IMG/VR virus record: IMGVR_UViG_3300025117_000005
Coordinates: 12,275-76,274 of that record
DNA from: a virus
Direction: 5' to 3' (one strand)
DNA: 64,000 bases
The notes below the pieces were generated by a model, which saw only the letters and a program-made list of their open reading frames with translations, did no database searches and was not told where the DNA came from. Position numbers and translations under genes: made by a program. Below are positions 31,411-41,097 of the stretch, piece after piece; the stretch's first letter is position 1; the number at the start of each line of letters is the position of its first letter.

Positions 31411-31758
31411 TTAGCGATATTCGTATTCGTCATCATCAAGGCCAGCCCCCACCGGCCGTTCAGGTTTTGATGCAATCTGCTTGATCTCCGGCATGTAGAC
31501 GCTGATCGGCTCGGGTTTGTACCGCTGCACAAAGAGACGGACCACCTCTTCCGAGACAGGGGTGATTGAGTAGATCGCACCATTCCCGTAGAGATGGGTC
31601 ACAGCCATGGAGTCCTCGACGGCAGGGGTATCAACCCTCACAAATGCACAACCACCGATCGTTGTTTCACTCAAAAACCCCGCCACCCGGGTATGCCCGA
31701 ACAGATCAACGAGAGCCCAAAATCCTTCACCGATACTTGCTGTTTTTTTATCGACCAT
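31411..31758 (-). CDS. Conserved phage hypothetical protein
   Basis: WALVDLFGH..VAG..SE..IGG..FVRVD.P...GAIYSITP. Confidence 0.7.
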   Translation of the reverse strand: MVDKKTASIGEGFWALVDLFGHTRVAGFLSETTIGGCAFVRVDTPAVEDSMAVTHLYGNGAIYSITPVSEEVVRLFVQRYKPEPISVYMPEIKQIASKPERPVGAGLDDDEYEYR

Positions 31759-32458
31759 TGTTTGCCCTCCTTAAACTTTTGTACCCCGCATCCATTTTTT
31801 CACGGGGTGGCCTCCTAAAGTCGAACCGTTCCTGCCCATAATGATCTTCCAGCCTCTTCTTGGCCGCCTCAAAATAGTCTTTGTCGATCTCGAAACCCGT
31901 CAAATCAAAGCCCATGTCGTGACAGGCTACGGCGATTGAGCCGGAACCGAGATGGGTGTCCAGGATCTTGTCGCCGTCATGGGCGTAGTTTTTGAGAAGC
32001 CACTTGTAAAGGGCAACTGGCTTCTGGGTTGGATGTATCTTCTCGTCCTGAATAGACACAATGAATCCTGCATTTCCACAAAACCTAAAAAGCCTGGCCG
32101 GTGAGTCAAAGGAAGTCCACGCATATTCGACCTGAGAAAAGTTTTCAACAGCTCGGATTTTGTCCCATGCGATGAAACATCGGCACGGCCTCAATACAAA
32201 ATAATTCCCCCCAAAAATTATCTGATTCTGACTTACACTGAAAAGATTTTTGAAATATTGTTCATTGGGTACCTCATTCCACTTTTTGCTATTTTCTTTA
32301 TAGGCTTGGTGAAATTTGACTTGAGACTTCGTATTGCTTCCCCCTCCGCTCGATATATTACAAGCCTCTCCATACGGCGGGTCCACAATGGCAAGCTGAA
32401 AGTACTTGTCGGGATAACGCTTCATCCCCTCCATGCAGTCCTCGTTAAAAAAGCTCAA
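31748..32458 (-). CDS. DNA N6A/N4C methyltransferase (beta class)
   Basis: DPPY, HPTQKP, LDTHLGSGS. Confidence 0.92.
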   Translation of the reverse strand: MSFFNEDCMEGMKRYPDKYFQLAIVDPPYGEACNISSGGGSNTKSQVKFHQAYKENSKKWNEVPNEQYFKNLFSVSQNQIIFGGNYFVLRPCRCFIAWDKIRAVENFSQVEYAWTSFDSPARLFRFCGNAGFIVSIQDEKIHPTQKPVALYKWLLKNYAHDGDKILDTHLGSGSIAVACHDMGFDLTGFEIDKDYFEAAKKRLEDHYGQERFDFRRPPREKMDAGYKSLRRANNGR

Positions 32459-32486
32459 TCACAGGGTCCCCCACACTCCTCCGGCC

Positions 32487-33020
32487 TCAAACACAGCTCA
32501 TGTACGGCACCGCATCACCCCTCTGCTCCTGTGCTAATTTCTGAAACTTCTCCTGGATCCATTCAAACCATTCCCGGTTTGAATGGTTCCAGTGAATCAA
32601 CCCTGCTATATGAGCGTTCCACCTGTACTCCATCAACTCTCCGCTCAACAAAGCCCGGGGAAGATAGGTCCACCATTTCTCGAAGAGGACTGACGCTTTA
32701 TCTGCCCAACAGAGCTTCGATGGTTCAACTCCGGCCGTCCTTGCGTAGTGACGGGAGTGAAACAGACAGAGACGGTAGTACCTGCCCCCGAGCCACCGGT
32801 AGGCGACCCCTGCCGCCCATTCCGGATGCTTCTCGCCGGCCTCGTCATCCATGTTGTCGCAATCCATAAAAAAATATCCCCAATCATGCATGACGATACA
32901 GACCATTTCCCTCCAGTTTGGCAGGGATCGGTACAACCACACCCATGCCAGGAAAACGGTGACGGGATGAATGAGGAATTGATGGACACCAAAGAGGATT
33001 GATTTACGGCCTACTTTCAT
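32487..33020 (-). CDS. HD-like hypothetical protein
   Basis: GVHQF..HP, HDWGY, FHSR, LCWADK. Confidence 0.65.
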   Translation of the reverse strand: MKVGRKSILFGVHQFLIHPVTVFLAWVWLYRSLPNWREMVCIVMHDWGYFFMDCDNMDDEAGEKHPEWAAGVAYRWLGGRYYRLCLFHSRHYARTAGVEPSKLCWADKASVLFEKWWTYLPRALLSGELMEYRWNAHIAGLIHWNHSNREWFEWIQEKFQKLAQEQRGDAVPYMSCV

Positions 33021-33807
33021 TTTCTTCTCCTTCCATCACTTCAACCAAATACCCCTTATGCTTCATTAAGTTGACCACCTTCTCTAAAACCCCTGTACGT
33101 CGGTGAAACTCCACCCGTAACCGCGCCGTAAACTCACCAGCCTTTGGTGTTCTCTTGATCATCAACACGGAATCTGACTCCTGAGCAATAAATGAAGAAT
33201 CTCGCATCGACTCGTAGGAGAGGTGATCGTCACTGGCCCCCTTGGTGGTATGACACAAGAGAAAAATAATAAACTGGCCCTGCACCGCAAGCGTTTTGAG
33301 TTGACGGATGATCTGTCCGATCTCGATCGATGGGTTTCGAATCTTGGCAAGGTCTATCAGGTAATGCAGATGGTCGATGAAAATAATTCTCGTACGATAC
33401 TTTGCAAAACTCTCGAGCACGCGATCGTTGAACCATGGCAAGGCATGAGCCTTGAGTTTGGCGGGCATATATATCATGGGGAGGGTGTGAAATTGATTCA
33501 GAAATTGCCGGGCAGGCACTTCATACGAGAACCAGAGCGGATAATATTGCTGCTTCATAAACTGGACGGTTAAGGACTGGCAGAACAAGGTTTTCCCGGA
33601 TTTCGTTGGACCCGACACCGTAATGAGTTCACCATCTTGAAATCCCTCAATCGCTGCATCAAGGGATGGAATATTGCTTTTAACCTTGACCAAGGCATCG
33701 GGTTGCTCTTTGAGCCGCAAATACATCTCCTGAGAAGAAATGACCTGATCTTCCCCGGTGTATTCAGCCCAGTTTGGTTTGTGTTCGATTAAGTTCTTTC
33801 CGGTCAT
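33004..33807 (-). CDS. DnaB-like/RecA-fold replicative helicase ATPase domain
   Basis: GPTKSGKT, FSYEV, IFIDHLH, RDSSFIAQESD. Confidence 0.85.
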   Translation of the reverse strand: MTGKNLIEHKPNWAEYTGEDQVISSQEMYLRLKEQPDALVKVKSNIPSLDAAIEGFQDGELITVSGPTKSGKTLFCQSLTVQFMKQQYYPLWFSYEVPARQFLNQFHTLPMIYMPAKLKAHALPWFNDRVLESFAKYRTRIIFIDHLHYLIDLAKIRNPSIEIGQIIRQLKTLAVQGQFIIFLLCHTTKGASDDHLSYESMRDSSFIAQESDSVLMIKRTPKAGEFTARLRVEFHRRTGVLEKVVNLMKHKGYLVEVMEGEENESRP

Positions 33808-34036
33808 TCGCTATGCGCTCCATCAGGTACTGGATCTTCCTTGCGTTTTCGAAAAGGATTTCCTCACAGGCAATGGCAATCTGCCATTCAGATTGATGCT
33901 TTTCCCGGATCTCCTGGAAGAGCCTATTCTCTTGGTGGATAAATTGGATGTACTCAATGCGATCGTCAATCCCTTCTTGGTAAAAGGCCTGCCAGTCGAT
34001 TTCACCAGGTTGACTTTGTGGGCTTGGTTCCACCAT
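33764..34036 (-). CDS. Hypothetical protein between initiator and helicase
   Basis: Overlapping, coupled ORF. Confidence 0.45.
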   Translation of the reverse strand: MVEPSPQSQPGEIDWQAFYQEGIDDRIEYIQFIHQENRLFQEIREKHQSEWQIAIACEEILFENARKIQYLMERIANDRKELNRTQTKLG

Positions 34037-34646
34037 TCTTGCGTTCCCAATTCAAAATGGTTGCGTAGTGACTCTTGTACTGCTTTCCCTTAGAGGCAAG
34101 GTACTGAGAAAGATTCTCTATCTGGTCACGTGTCCCATGCTCCCCAAAACGGTCGGTGAGTTTCTTGAATTCCTCATCGGTGAGCTTCACGTTTTTGAAT
34201 TCACCGTACACGTTTTTTTCTTCTTTATATATTTCTTCTTTTAAAGAAGAAGAAGAGTTACAATCCGGTATTAACGCCGGTTGAACCGGTGTTATAACGC
34301 CGGTTACATGACTACCCCATCTTTTCTGGGCACTCTTTTTACCGCGTTCAGATTGTGATTCCCGATACTTACGTTGTTTTTCCCTGACCTCTTCCATCTT
34401 CGGATTTCTGTAACGCAAGTCGTCTGAGAGAATGAACTTCTGTAGCACTTCTTTTGAAAATTTCTTGAAAAAATATTGAGACGAACCCGTGATACGCATC
34501 AATTCTTTCTCGTTAGCACTGACACTTCCGTTGGCCCATTGGCAAAGTAACATCCTCGTATACATCCCCACTGCATAAGGATCCCACTCAGCCGTGTCGA
34601 TATAAAAAAGATCCGAGTACATCTGAAAAGCTGGTCCATCTTTCAC
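34002..34646 (-). CDS. Phage replication initiator (YdaU/DUF1376-like N-terminus)
   Basis: PAFQMY..F..DT...VGMY..LL..QW; C-terminal VKLTDEE...YKSHYATILNW; internal iterons. Confidence 0.85.
   Translation of the reverse strand: MKDGPAFQMYSDLFYIDTAEWDPYAVGMYTRMLLCQWANGSVSANEKELMRITGSSQYFFKKFSKEVLQKFILSDDLRYRNPKMEEVREKQRKYRESQSERGKKSAQKRWGSHVTGVITPVQPALIPDCNSSSSLKEEIYKEEKNVYGEFKNVKLTDEEFKKLTDRFGEHGTRDQIENLSQYLASKGKQYKSHYATILNWERKNGGTKPTKSTW
34212..34305. repeat. Probable replication origin inside initiator gene
   Basis: TAACGCCGGTT at 34272 and 34295 plus degenerate CCGGT units at about 11-12 bp period, next to an AT-rich tract 34212-34260 (lambda ori-like). Confidence 0.65.
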
Positions 34647-34975
34647 CCTTGAATAACCCCCTACACCACCGTTTTGCAGATGACCTTCCTACCAGTATAC
34701 GAACACTTCACGAGTGTCTTGTGGCAGGTTCAGTATCGGAAATGTGGGGTTGTATGACTACAGAGATCGACTTCGCAGGCGGTATGACTACAGATAACCG
34801 TGTCTGACTTTTCTTTTTTGTGTTGCAAGGTTGACTTGGGGGTCTTGGGTTTGCGTGGCATTAGAAAAGCTCCTTTGTATTTTTTTTTGATTCTCAGGGA
34901 TCAGTCTACATACAAATCACCTCCCTCCCTTCTACACCAGCACTTTTCCTAGGCTTTCTTAACTCTCAGTGAATT

Positions 34976-35004
34976 CTTTTACCAGATTCAGGCTTTTTTG
35001 TCAA
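34976..35004 (-). promoter_or_regulatory. Leftward promoter of the replication operon
   Basis: TTGACA-17-TAAAAG. Confidence 0.55.
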
Positions 35005-35505
35005 GTTTAAACTTCACCCGGAGGAAATTGTAAGACCGAACCCGGGTAAAAATCAAGGGTTTCTGGACCAATCTTTGCCGGAAACCGGGAAAGTGGGTTG
35101 TGAATGGACACGTCTTACCATCTGTGCGATCACTGGATGCCATCAGGCGGTAAGACCGGGGTTTTGAACGTGCCGTTGATGGTTGGAAAATAGTTATGGA
35201 TTTGTTCATGGTATGGTTTAATAGTAATTTTAATGAGTTACGGAAAGTCAAAAAAGAGGTTGAAGTTTTGGGCGTATGAATAGAAAAATAGGAGGACTGC
35301 CCTCTGAAGGTTTCCCGGATGACCGGGGGATTAATACGGGTATGGTGTTGTAAGTATGCGAAATCATAAGGGTAAAATCAATAAATCAAATTATAGGATA
35401 TAATCTGTCATCACCCTAAAATTGGCATAGTGGGACCGGTCAAAACGACGCTCCAGGATGCTCTGGGACGGGCGATCGGCCCTTATGATTGACCGATTTC
35501 AAGAC

Positions 35506-35648
35506 CTACTGTTTAACGTTATGCAACACTAAACACAGCTACGATATAGCTGCGCTCCATCGGCGTCCACAACCAGTTCCCCCCGCAAGCCATATACTAC
35601 CAACTCCCAGATACCGCCACCGACTACTGTTTAACGACGTGCAACACT
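35506..35648. repeat. 25-bp imperfect direct repeat pair
   Basis: CTACTGTTTAACGTTATGCAACACT (35506-35530) and CTACTGTTTAACGACGTGCAACACT (35624-35648), 22/25 identical. Confidence 0.85.
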
Positions 35649-35709
35649 CCACATATCCCCATAGTATACCCACACAGAACTGTAAAGTAGTGTAAAGTTG
35701 TAAAGAAAC

Positions 35710-35738
35710 TTGACACATTGTGAAACATAAGGTACAAT
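35710..35738 (+). promoter_or_regulatory. Near-consensus sigma70 promoter for the 36-46 kb block
   Basis: TTGACA-17-TACAAT, preceded by three TGTAAAG copies (35681, 35691, 35699). Confidence 0.8.
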
Positions 35739-35869
35739 GCTGTAATCATTAAACAAAACAGCTTGACAGTAAAACATGTGTCGGAATTCCTTACAATAAC
35801 GAACATCCTTCACAAGCGGCCTTTCCTGAGCAGCTCGTAACTACCAGTTAATATTGAGAAATAAAAAAG

Positions 35870-35881
35870 TTACTGACAGTT
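35870..35881. promoter_or_regulatory. Putative repressor operator TTACTGACAGTT
   Basis: Dyad ACTG-A-CAGT; identical 12-mer at 47337-47348. Confidence 0.6.
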
Positions 35882-35951
35882 AAATTATGGTACATAACTT
35901 GCATTTACTAAGGGTAAATCAGGAGAGACACAGGAAGGGAGGAAAAGGGAA

Positions 35952-36140
35952 ATGAGAAAATCTACCAACCAGTACAAGGCAGGGCAGCTCCAGAACGGCT
36001 ACGACTACGATCTCCAGTGCTGGGTTGTCAATGGGCTTGTGGTCCGCTGTGGACATCTGGAATCGATGAAATGCACCTGTAACGGTAGGATCTACGAGGG
36101 TACGAAGATCACACAGGCCAGGGCAGAGTTAGGATTGTAA
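35952..36140 (+). CDS. Small Cys-containing hypothetical protein
   Basis: Strong SD; GYDYDLQCWV.NG...RCGH. Confidence 0.7.
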   Translation: MRKSTNQYKAGQLQNGYDYDLQCWVVNGLVVRCGHLESMKCTCNGRIYEGTKITQARAELGL

Positions 36141-36199
36141 CCCCTAAAAGAAGCAAAAAGGAGATCACCGGGAAGTACCAGGAGGGACACTTTGACGGC

Positions 36200-36655
36200 A
36201 TGCAAGACCTTTACGAATACAACCAGTCGGTATTCCCACATCTTTTTGGTGGCGCGAAGTATGTTTTTGAAAACCGGAAGTATTCACAGGGTTTTATTTC
36301 CCGCATTGCCGAAGACTTTGGAATCCAGATCACCTTCACCCAATACGGGAGCCACAAAAGCGGAGATTTTGAAAAAGACCGGATGATAAGCCGCGCTATG
36401 CAAGAAACCAGCTTTTACACCCCGCCAGACCCCACACAGACCCCGCCGCCCGAGGTATCCACAGGAGACGTATCAATCCGGAAGAACGAAGAGAAGAACG
36501 GCATTGAAGTAAAATTTCCTTCCAAGCCAGCACCCGAGGTCATTGACTATCTCAAAGCAAACGGTTTCAGATGGAGCAAATTTCAGAGCCTTTGGTACGC
36601 CAGGCATAACGACAGCCTTTTAAACCAGATCACCGAACGGCTACAGGCAGCTTAA
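36200..36655 (+). CDS. Polyvalent-protein-associated (LPD29-like remnant) fused to a DUF3560-C-like domain
   Basis: (EITGKYQEGHFDG)MQDLYEY...FGGAKYV; C-terminal NGIEVKFPSKP..EV...LKANGFRWS....WY. Confidence 0.6.
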   Translation: MQDLYEYNQSVFPHLFGGAKYVFENRKYSQGFISRIAEDFGIQITFTQYGSHKSGDFEKDRMISRAMQETSFYTPPDPTQTPPPEVSTGDVSIRKNEEKNGIEVKFPSKPAPEVIDYLKANGFRWSKFQSLWYARHNDSLLNQITERLQAA

Positions 36656-36683
36656 CCCCAAACCCAACAAGGAGGGAAACACC

Positions 36684-37373
36684 ATGGACCAGAAGAAACC
36701 CGTCATCACCGCAATCCTGTCAGGCCACACGTCACCAGAGACCGCCCACCTCGTTAATGACTACCCGTATGGGTTCCGGCTCCGCTGCAAAATCCGGTAC
36801 TGGCTGGAACACCACCCGAAGAAGGGAAGCCGGTTTTGCTCACAGACCACCAACCCCAAATGCGCCGGAGAACCCTGGAACAAACCCAAGGCGAGCACAT
36901 ACGCCTATTTGGCCGGCTGCATGTACCTGAACGAAGAGGGACATGTCACGTGGGCAGCCCTGGACGAGTACACGACCGCCCAGGAATCGATTGACTGGTA
37001 CGAGACATACAAAACCGGGTTGACCCCGGAAGTCGCCGCCAGAGTAGAGAAGTGGATCCGCGCCAAACTCAATTACGAAGAAAAACTGAACACGGGACAG
37101 ATCAAAATTACGGTAACCAGTGAACCCATATCACCACACCCAGACCGGAAACACTTTGGCCCCGAACGCTATGCCCAAGGGAATATTAAGGAGGGGGAGA
37201 CATTCAGTATTTCGAGCCACATGGGAGGCTCATTCACCGTTGAATTCATGGGATGGGATGACGACAACAAGGGACTTTGGCAGGTCACTAACGAAGGCTG
37301 GCAAGGGTCCGTGTACTCATTCACCGCCGAGGAAGCAGCCCAACGGCTATTTATTTACACCGAACCAGCTTAA
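36684..37373 (+). CDS. Conserved phage hypothetical protein
   Basis: GHTSPETA..V.DYPYGFRLRC.IRYW.E...WNKPKASTY; strong SD. Confidence 0.75.
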   Translation: MDQKKPVITAILSGHTSPETAHLVNDYPYGFRLRCKIRYWLEHHPKKGSRFCSQTTNPKCAGEPWNKPKASTYAYLAGCMYLNEEGHVTWAALDEYTTAQESIDWYETYKTGLTPEVAARVEKWIRAKLNYEEKLNTGQIKITVTSEPISPHPDRKHFGPERYAQGNIKEGETFSISSHMGGSFTVEFMGWDDDNKGLWQVTNEGWQGSVYSFTAEEAAQRLFIYTEPA

Positions 37374-37651
37374 CCCTCCAATCACAACCGACGCGCCCGA
37401 CATAACACCGAGGCAGAGAGGCAAACCATGTTACACCTATCAGGCCAGGACTGGACAGACCTTGAGAGACTACACCGGGACGCGTACTATTTTCTTCTAC
37501 ACCGCTCCCTGTACCGAGAGCGGATAAGCCTGCTATCCTGCCACCCCAACCAACTGAACGACTGGCAGACCCGCAGACTCGATGAATTGAACGCCCTGAA
37601 CACAAACACCGGGAACAGTTTAGACAACCTGTAACCACGGAGGCACCAGAC

Positions 37652-38593
37652 ATGCAGCCTTTTACATTTCCCCCGACCCACAGCACGACTCGAGGATTTT
37701 GTATCAACGATGACCACAACGAACAGCATTGCATTCTGGACGATCCGAACCTTTGTAAATGGGATTTCTTCTCACAATGCGCCGAGGCCAACCCCGAGAA
37801 GGCCCGAGCTGTTGGCAAGACCAGGAAGCCCAGGAAATCATTTTACACCGACGAGGCACCCACCCCACACCACACCCCAAGCCCCCGAACACCCCCAGCC
37901 CCGGAGGGAAGGGAGAGGCAACCCGCCGCCCCCCTTCCCGCCCACCTCAATTCCCATGGGGATAGTGGGGATTCTGCCCCCCCCGCGCCAGACGAGGCCG
38001 GAGACAAGAGCAATCAGGCCGAGCTACCCCCGGACCCGCAGGAAGAGAAACCGCCTTATGAAGCAAAAGGCCAGTTGATTGAAATGGGTAATGGTAATAT
38101 CGATGTTACTTTTGACATGGCGACAGATACCCTCAAGCGACTGGCACGCCAAGAAACCAAGACATCAAAAGAATTTGCGGCTCTACTCTCCCAGGTAAAG
38201 GACCAATATTTTTCCGGACGTGGGAAAAAGGCTGGCTGGAAGAAGTACATTGAAAACCAGATCGGTTATAGCTACCAACACGCCCAATCTCTCTTAAAGG
38301 CCCACTCGACCCCGATCATCCTGGAGTTTTGGGACCAACTTGGAGTGTTTAAGGTCCGCCTGCTATCCCGATGCAAGGGCGAGCTCACCACTGACACCAT
38401 TAACTCTATCCTGCCAATCACCACCCGGGAGGCCCAACAAATCCTTTTCCCCCGCCAACCCCGAGGGGGCAAGACGAGCCCAGTAAGCCACCTGATTGAC
38501 CGGCTCCGGAAGATCACACCCGAAAACCTGGACATGAAAGGACGGCAGGCACTCATTAAGGCACTGCTGGAACTGTTGAAAAATCTGAAATGA
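37652..38593 (+). CDS. DUF3102-like DNA-binding protein with Pro-rich linker
   Basis: LLSQVKD.....GWKKYIENQIGYSYQHAQSLLK. Confidence 0.55.
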   Translation: MQPFTFPPTHSTTRGFCINDDHNEQHCILDDPNLCKWDFFSQCAEANPEKARAVGKTRKPRKSFYTDEAPTPHHTPSPRTPPAPEGRERQPAAPLPAHLNSHGDSGDSAPPAPDEAGDKSNQAELPPDPQEEKPPYEAKGQLIEMGNGNIDVTFDMATDTLKRLARQETKTSKEFAALLSQVKDQYFSGRGKKAGWKKYIENQIGYSYQHAQSLLKAHSTPIILEFWDQLGVFKVRLLSRCKGELTTDTINSILPITTREAQQILFPRQPRGGKTSPVSHLIDRLRKITPENLDMKGRQALIKALLELLKNLK

Positions 38594-39149
38594 AGGGAGG
38601 AACGCTATGTGGAAATGCACGACGCAGGCAAGAGCCTTAAACATCCTGTCAGAATTACAGTCTGAGGGACACCACCATCTCTGTTATGGCCGATCCATTT
38701 ACGACAATCACTGGTACATTGGAACCCGGGACGAACTGAAAGCCATCGGGATCATCGAGGTGAACCCATGATCACAGCATATGGACCAACCCAAGTTGTT
38801 GACAACCCGTGCCCTACATGTTGTCAACCATCGGTAGCGATCCTTGACAACGAAGGCATCATACCCGTGGAATGCTGGACCTGCTTTTTAAAAGCAGCAT
38901 ACGGACTGAGAAAGGAGGATCAGACATGTGGCTCTTTATCGTTGGTCTGATGATAGGTGGATTTTGCGGGATCGTCCTAATGTCCCTGCTCATTATCAGC
39001 AGAGAGGAAGGAGCACCAACACCATGAAGGAAACCATACGAGACATTATCCTGTCGATTTTTGCAACCCTTTTGTGGACGTGGATCATCATGTCATTGAT
39101 CCTACACGCCGGGATCGAGTAACAGGGAACAAAGAAAGGAGAAAAGACC

Positions 39150-39626
39150 ATGTGTTGTTGCGACCATCCAAATATTAACGGCCACTTCGGATACTCGTGG
39201 GACGGTAAATCAACGGGAGTATACCCTGTACACCCCCCAGATTTAAAAGAGGGTGACATGCTTCTTCACGACGAACCCGGGAGATGTGGAGGATTAGATT
39301 CACACTCATACCACTACCGGGTTGTAATGGCTCGTTTTGGGGGATTGTATCTCTACGTAAGGCATGGAGCAGGACAAGAATATATCCGCTTGAGTACGGA
39401 GAAAACGCTGAGAGATAGGCTTGCGGCGATGGACTCAGACACCCGTTATTGGATTTTGGGGGCGATTTATCACGCCTCGTGTGATGCAGATACAAACAGC
39501 AGAAACACAACAAACGGTATTTGGCAACAGGCCGCAGCAGAGAAACGCATTAAGACTAAGAAGCAACGTGGCAGTGCATCTGTAAGGGTCTGGATTGCAG
39601 CGGCCCCCCTACACGCCGGGAGGTGA
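39150..39626 (+). CDS. Hypothetical protein
   Basis: SD plus ATG; DEPGRCGGLDSHSYHY. Confidence 0.7.
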   Translation: MCCCDHPNINGHFGYSWDGKSTGVYPVHPPDLKEGDMLLHDEPGRCGGLDSHSYHYRVVMARFGGLYLYVRHGAGQEYIRLSTEKTLRDRLAAMDSDTRYWILGAIYHASCDADTNSRNTTNGIWQQAAAEKRIKTKKQRGSASVRVWIAAAPLHAGR

Positions 39627-39795
39627 TCATCATGATTCGGGAATGCTGTGAATGCAAAATTATTATGGGAGAGAAAGAACCCTATGAAGATCGATCCGTG
39701 ACGAGCGGACTCTGTGACCCATGTTTGCAGCAGGCCCGAGAGAAGATCCGCAAATTCCACGAGCAGCAAAAGCAACAGGAGAAGGAGCAATTATC

Positions 39796-40314
39796 ATGAA
39801 ACCCTTCGACCACCAAGGAAAACGTTACATTATAATAAACGGGAAAGAATACTTCCTGATTCGCGGCTACCGGGACCATGACGGATACCGGGGAAACCTG
39901 ATCTTTATCCAGGTCGCAGGCCGGACCCCGTTGCACAAAGAAGACCTACCGGACCAGGATTGGACCCTGATCAAGACCAAAGGCCCGGAGCACAACGTTT
40001 ACACCGCGTACCTGGACAAGTATTTCGACTATGAGCCCCCGGCCCAGGACAAAACCAAGCGGCTGTACTTTATCGGTATGACACCCCGGGGCACCACGTT
40101 TTTGATGCTGAACTTTTTGCGGGATGCCTACAATTTGAGCCCCACGCCCGCCCAGTTCCGGAAGGCTCTTGACGACTGGAAGCCAATACGCCGGGGAGAC
40201 GTGGAGTATCGGCAGGACCACGGCAACAGCGAGGTATCCGCGTTATCCGTGGAGGTTGGCCCGTACAGGATGGACTATGACCGAGCAGTTGACTTGTTTG
40301 GTTTGAGAGCGTAA
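39796..40314 (+). CDS. Hypothetical protein
   Basis: SD AAGGAG before MKPFDHQG. Confidence 0.65.
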   Translation: MKPFDHQGKRYIIINGKEYFLIRGYRDHDGYRGNLIFIQVAGRTPLHKEDLPDQDWTLIKTKGPEHNVYTAYLDKYFDYEPPAQDKTKRLYFIGMTPRGTTFLMLNFLRDAYNLSPTPAQFRKALDDWKPIRRGDVEYRQDHGNSEVSALSVEVGPYRMDYDRAVDLFGLRA

Positions 40315-40342
40315 AATCTGAGAAAAAAAGGAGGATAAGACT

Positions 40343-40897
40343 ATGACCGCACAAGAAATCATCCAGAAAATTGAGGCAGGCGAATACGAGATTAAATATG
40401 CGATGAATTGTGGATGCTCTTTTGACTGGCATATCGATGGGGACGACATCCAGGACGGCGCAAACAGTGACGAGTGTTGGGAGGGTCAGGTACTGTATGT
40501 CGGAGAAGACCAGATTGCCGAGTCTATCCGATACGAGGGCCGCCGGGTATTGATGGATGGCATTGATGCAGATGATATTCCCAGCGAGGTATGGGACCAG
40601 ATGGGCATGTCGGACATGGTAACGCAGGGAGACAGCCCTAACAATCAGGATCACGAGGATAACCGACGCGCAACCCTCATCGACTGGTTGCAAGAGTTGG
40701 TTAACGATGGGTATAAGCTCTATAGAGACGACCTGCGTAACTTTGCCAACGAGTTTTGTTCCATCCTTGTGAGACCGGACACGGAAGACGCAATTGACGA
40801 CGATTGGACAGAGCGCACACCGGAAGGGTGGGCAGGTGATTATTTGTATAATGGGGATGCCGCCACCCAAGCATATAACACCGTCCGGGTTATTTAA
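40343..40897 (+). CDS. Highly acidic protein (DNA-mimic candidate)
   Basis: Very D/E-rich 184 aa; strong SD. Confidence 0.7.
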   Translation: MTAQEIIQKIEAGEYEIKYAMNCGCSFDWHIDGDDIQDGANSDECWEGQVLYVGEDQIAESIRYEGRRVLMDGIDADDIPSEVWDQMGMSDMVTQGDSPNNQDHEDNRRATLIDWLQELVNDGYKLYRDDLRNFANEFCSILVRPDTEDAIDDDWTERTPEGWAGDYLYNGDAATQAYNTVRVI

Positions 40898-41097
40898 GAG
40901 GATAGCCAACCTTATGAACGGACTACGACACGTTTTAGGGGGCCACGGGACCCCGAAACCGTGTTACGCCGGGGAGTATGGGTTAGGACATGCCTGTGAA
41001 TAGCCAGCGACTAACCCAGAAACCCGGTAACTTGTCAATCCCAGTTTAAATTGTCAAGGATAACTATACCGGGAGTACCGGAACCACGGAGGGAATA

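Noticed and set aside
34752-34795. GTATGACTACAGA direct repeat as origin iterons
   Set aside because: Only two copies, explained by a repeated SVVI peptide in a short minus-strand ORF; better iterons lie inside the initiator.
35506-35648. CRISPR mini-array, integron attC or dif site
   Set aside because: Only two copies with a 93-bp gap, no cas or intI motifs, and no 11-6-11 dif layout.
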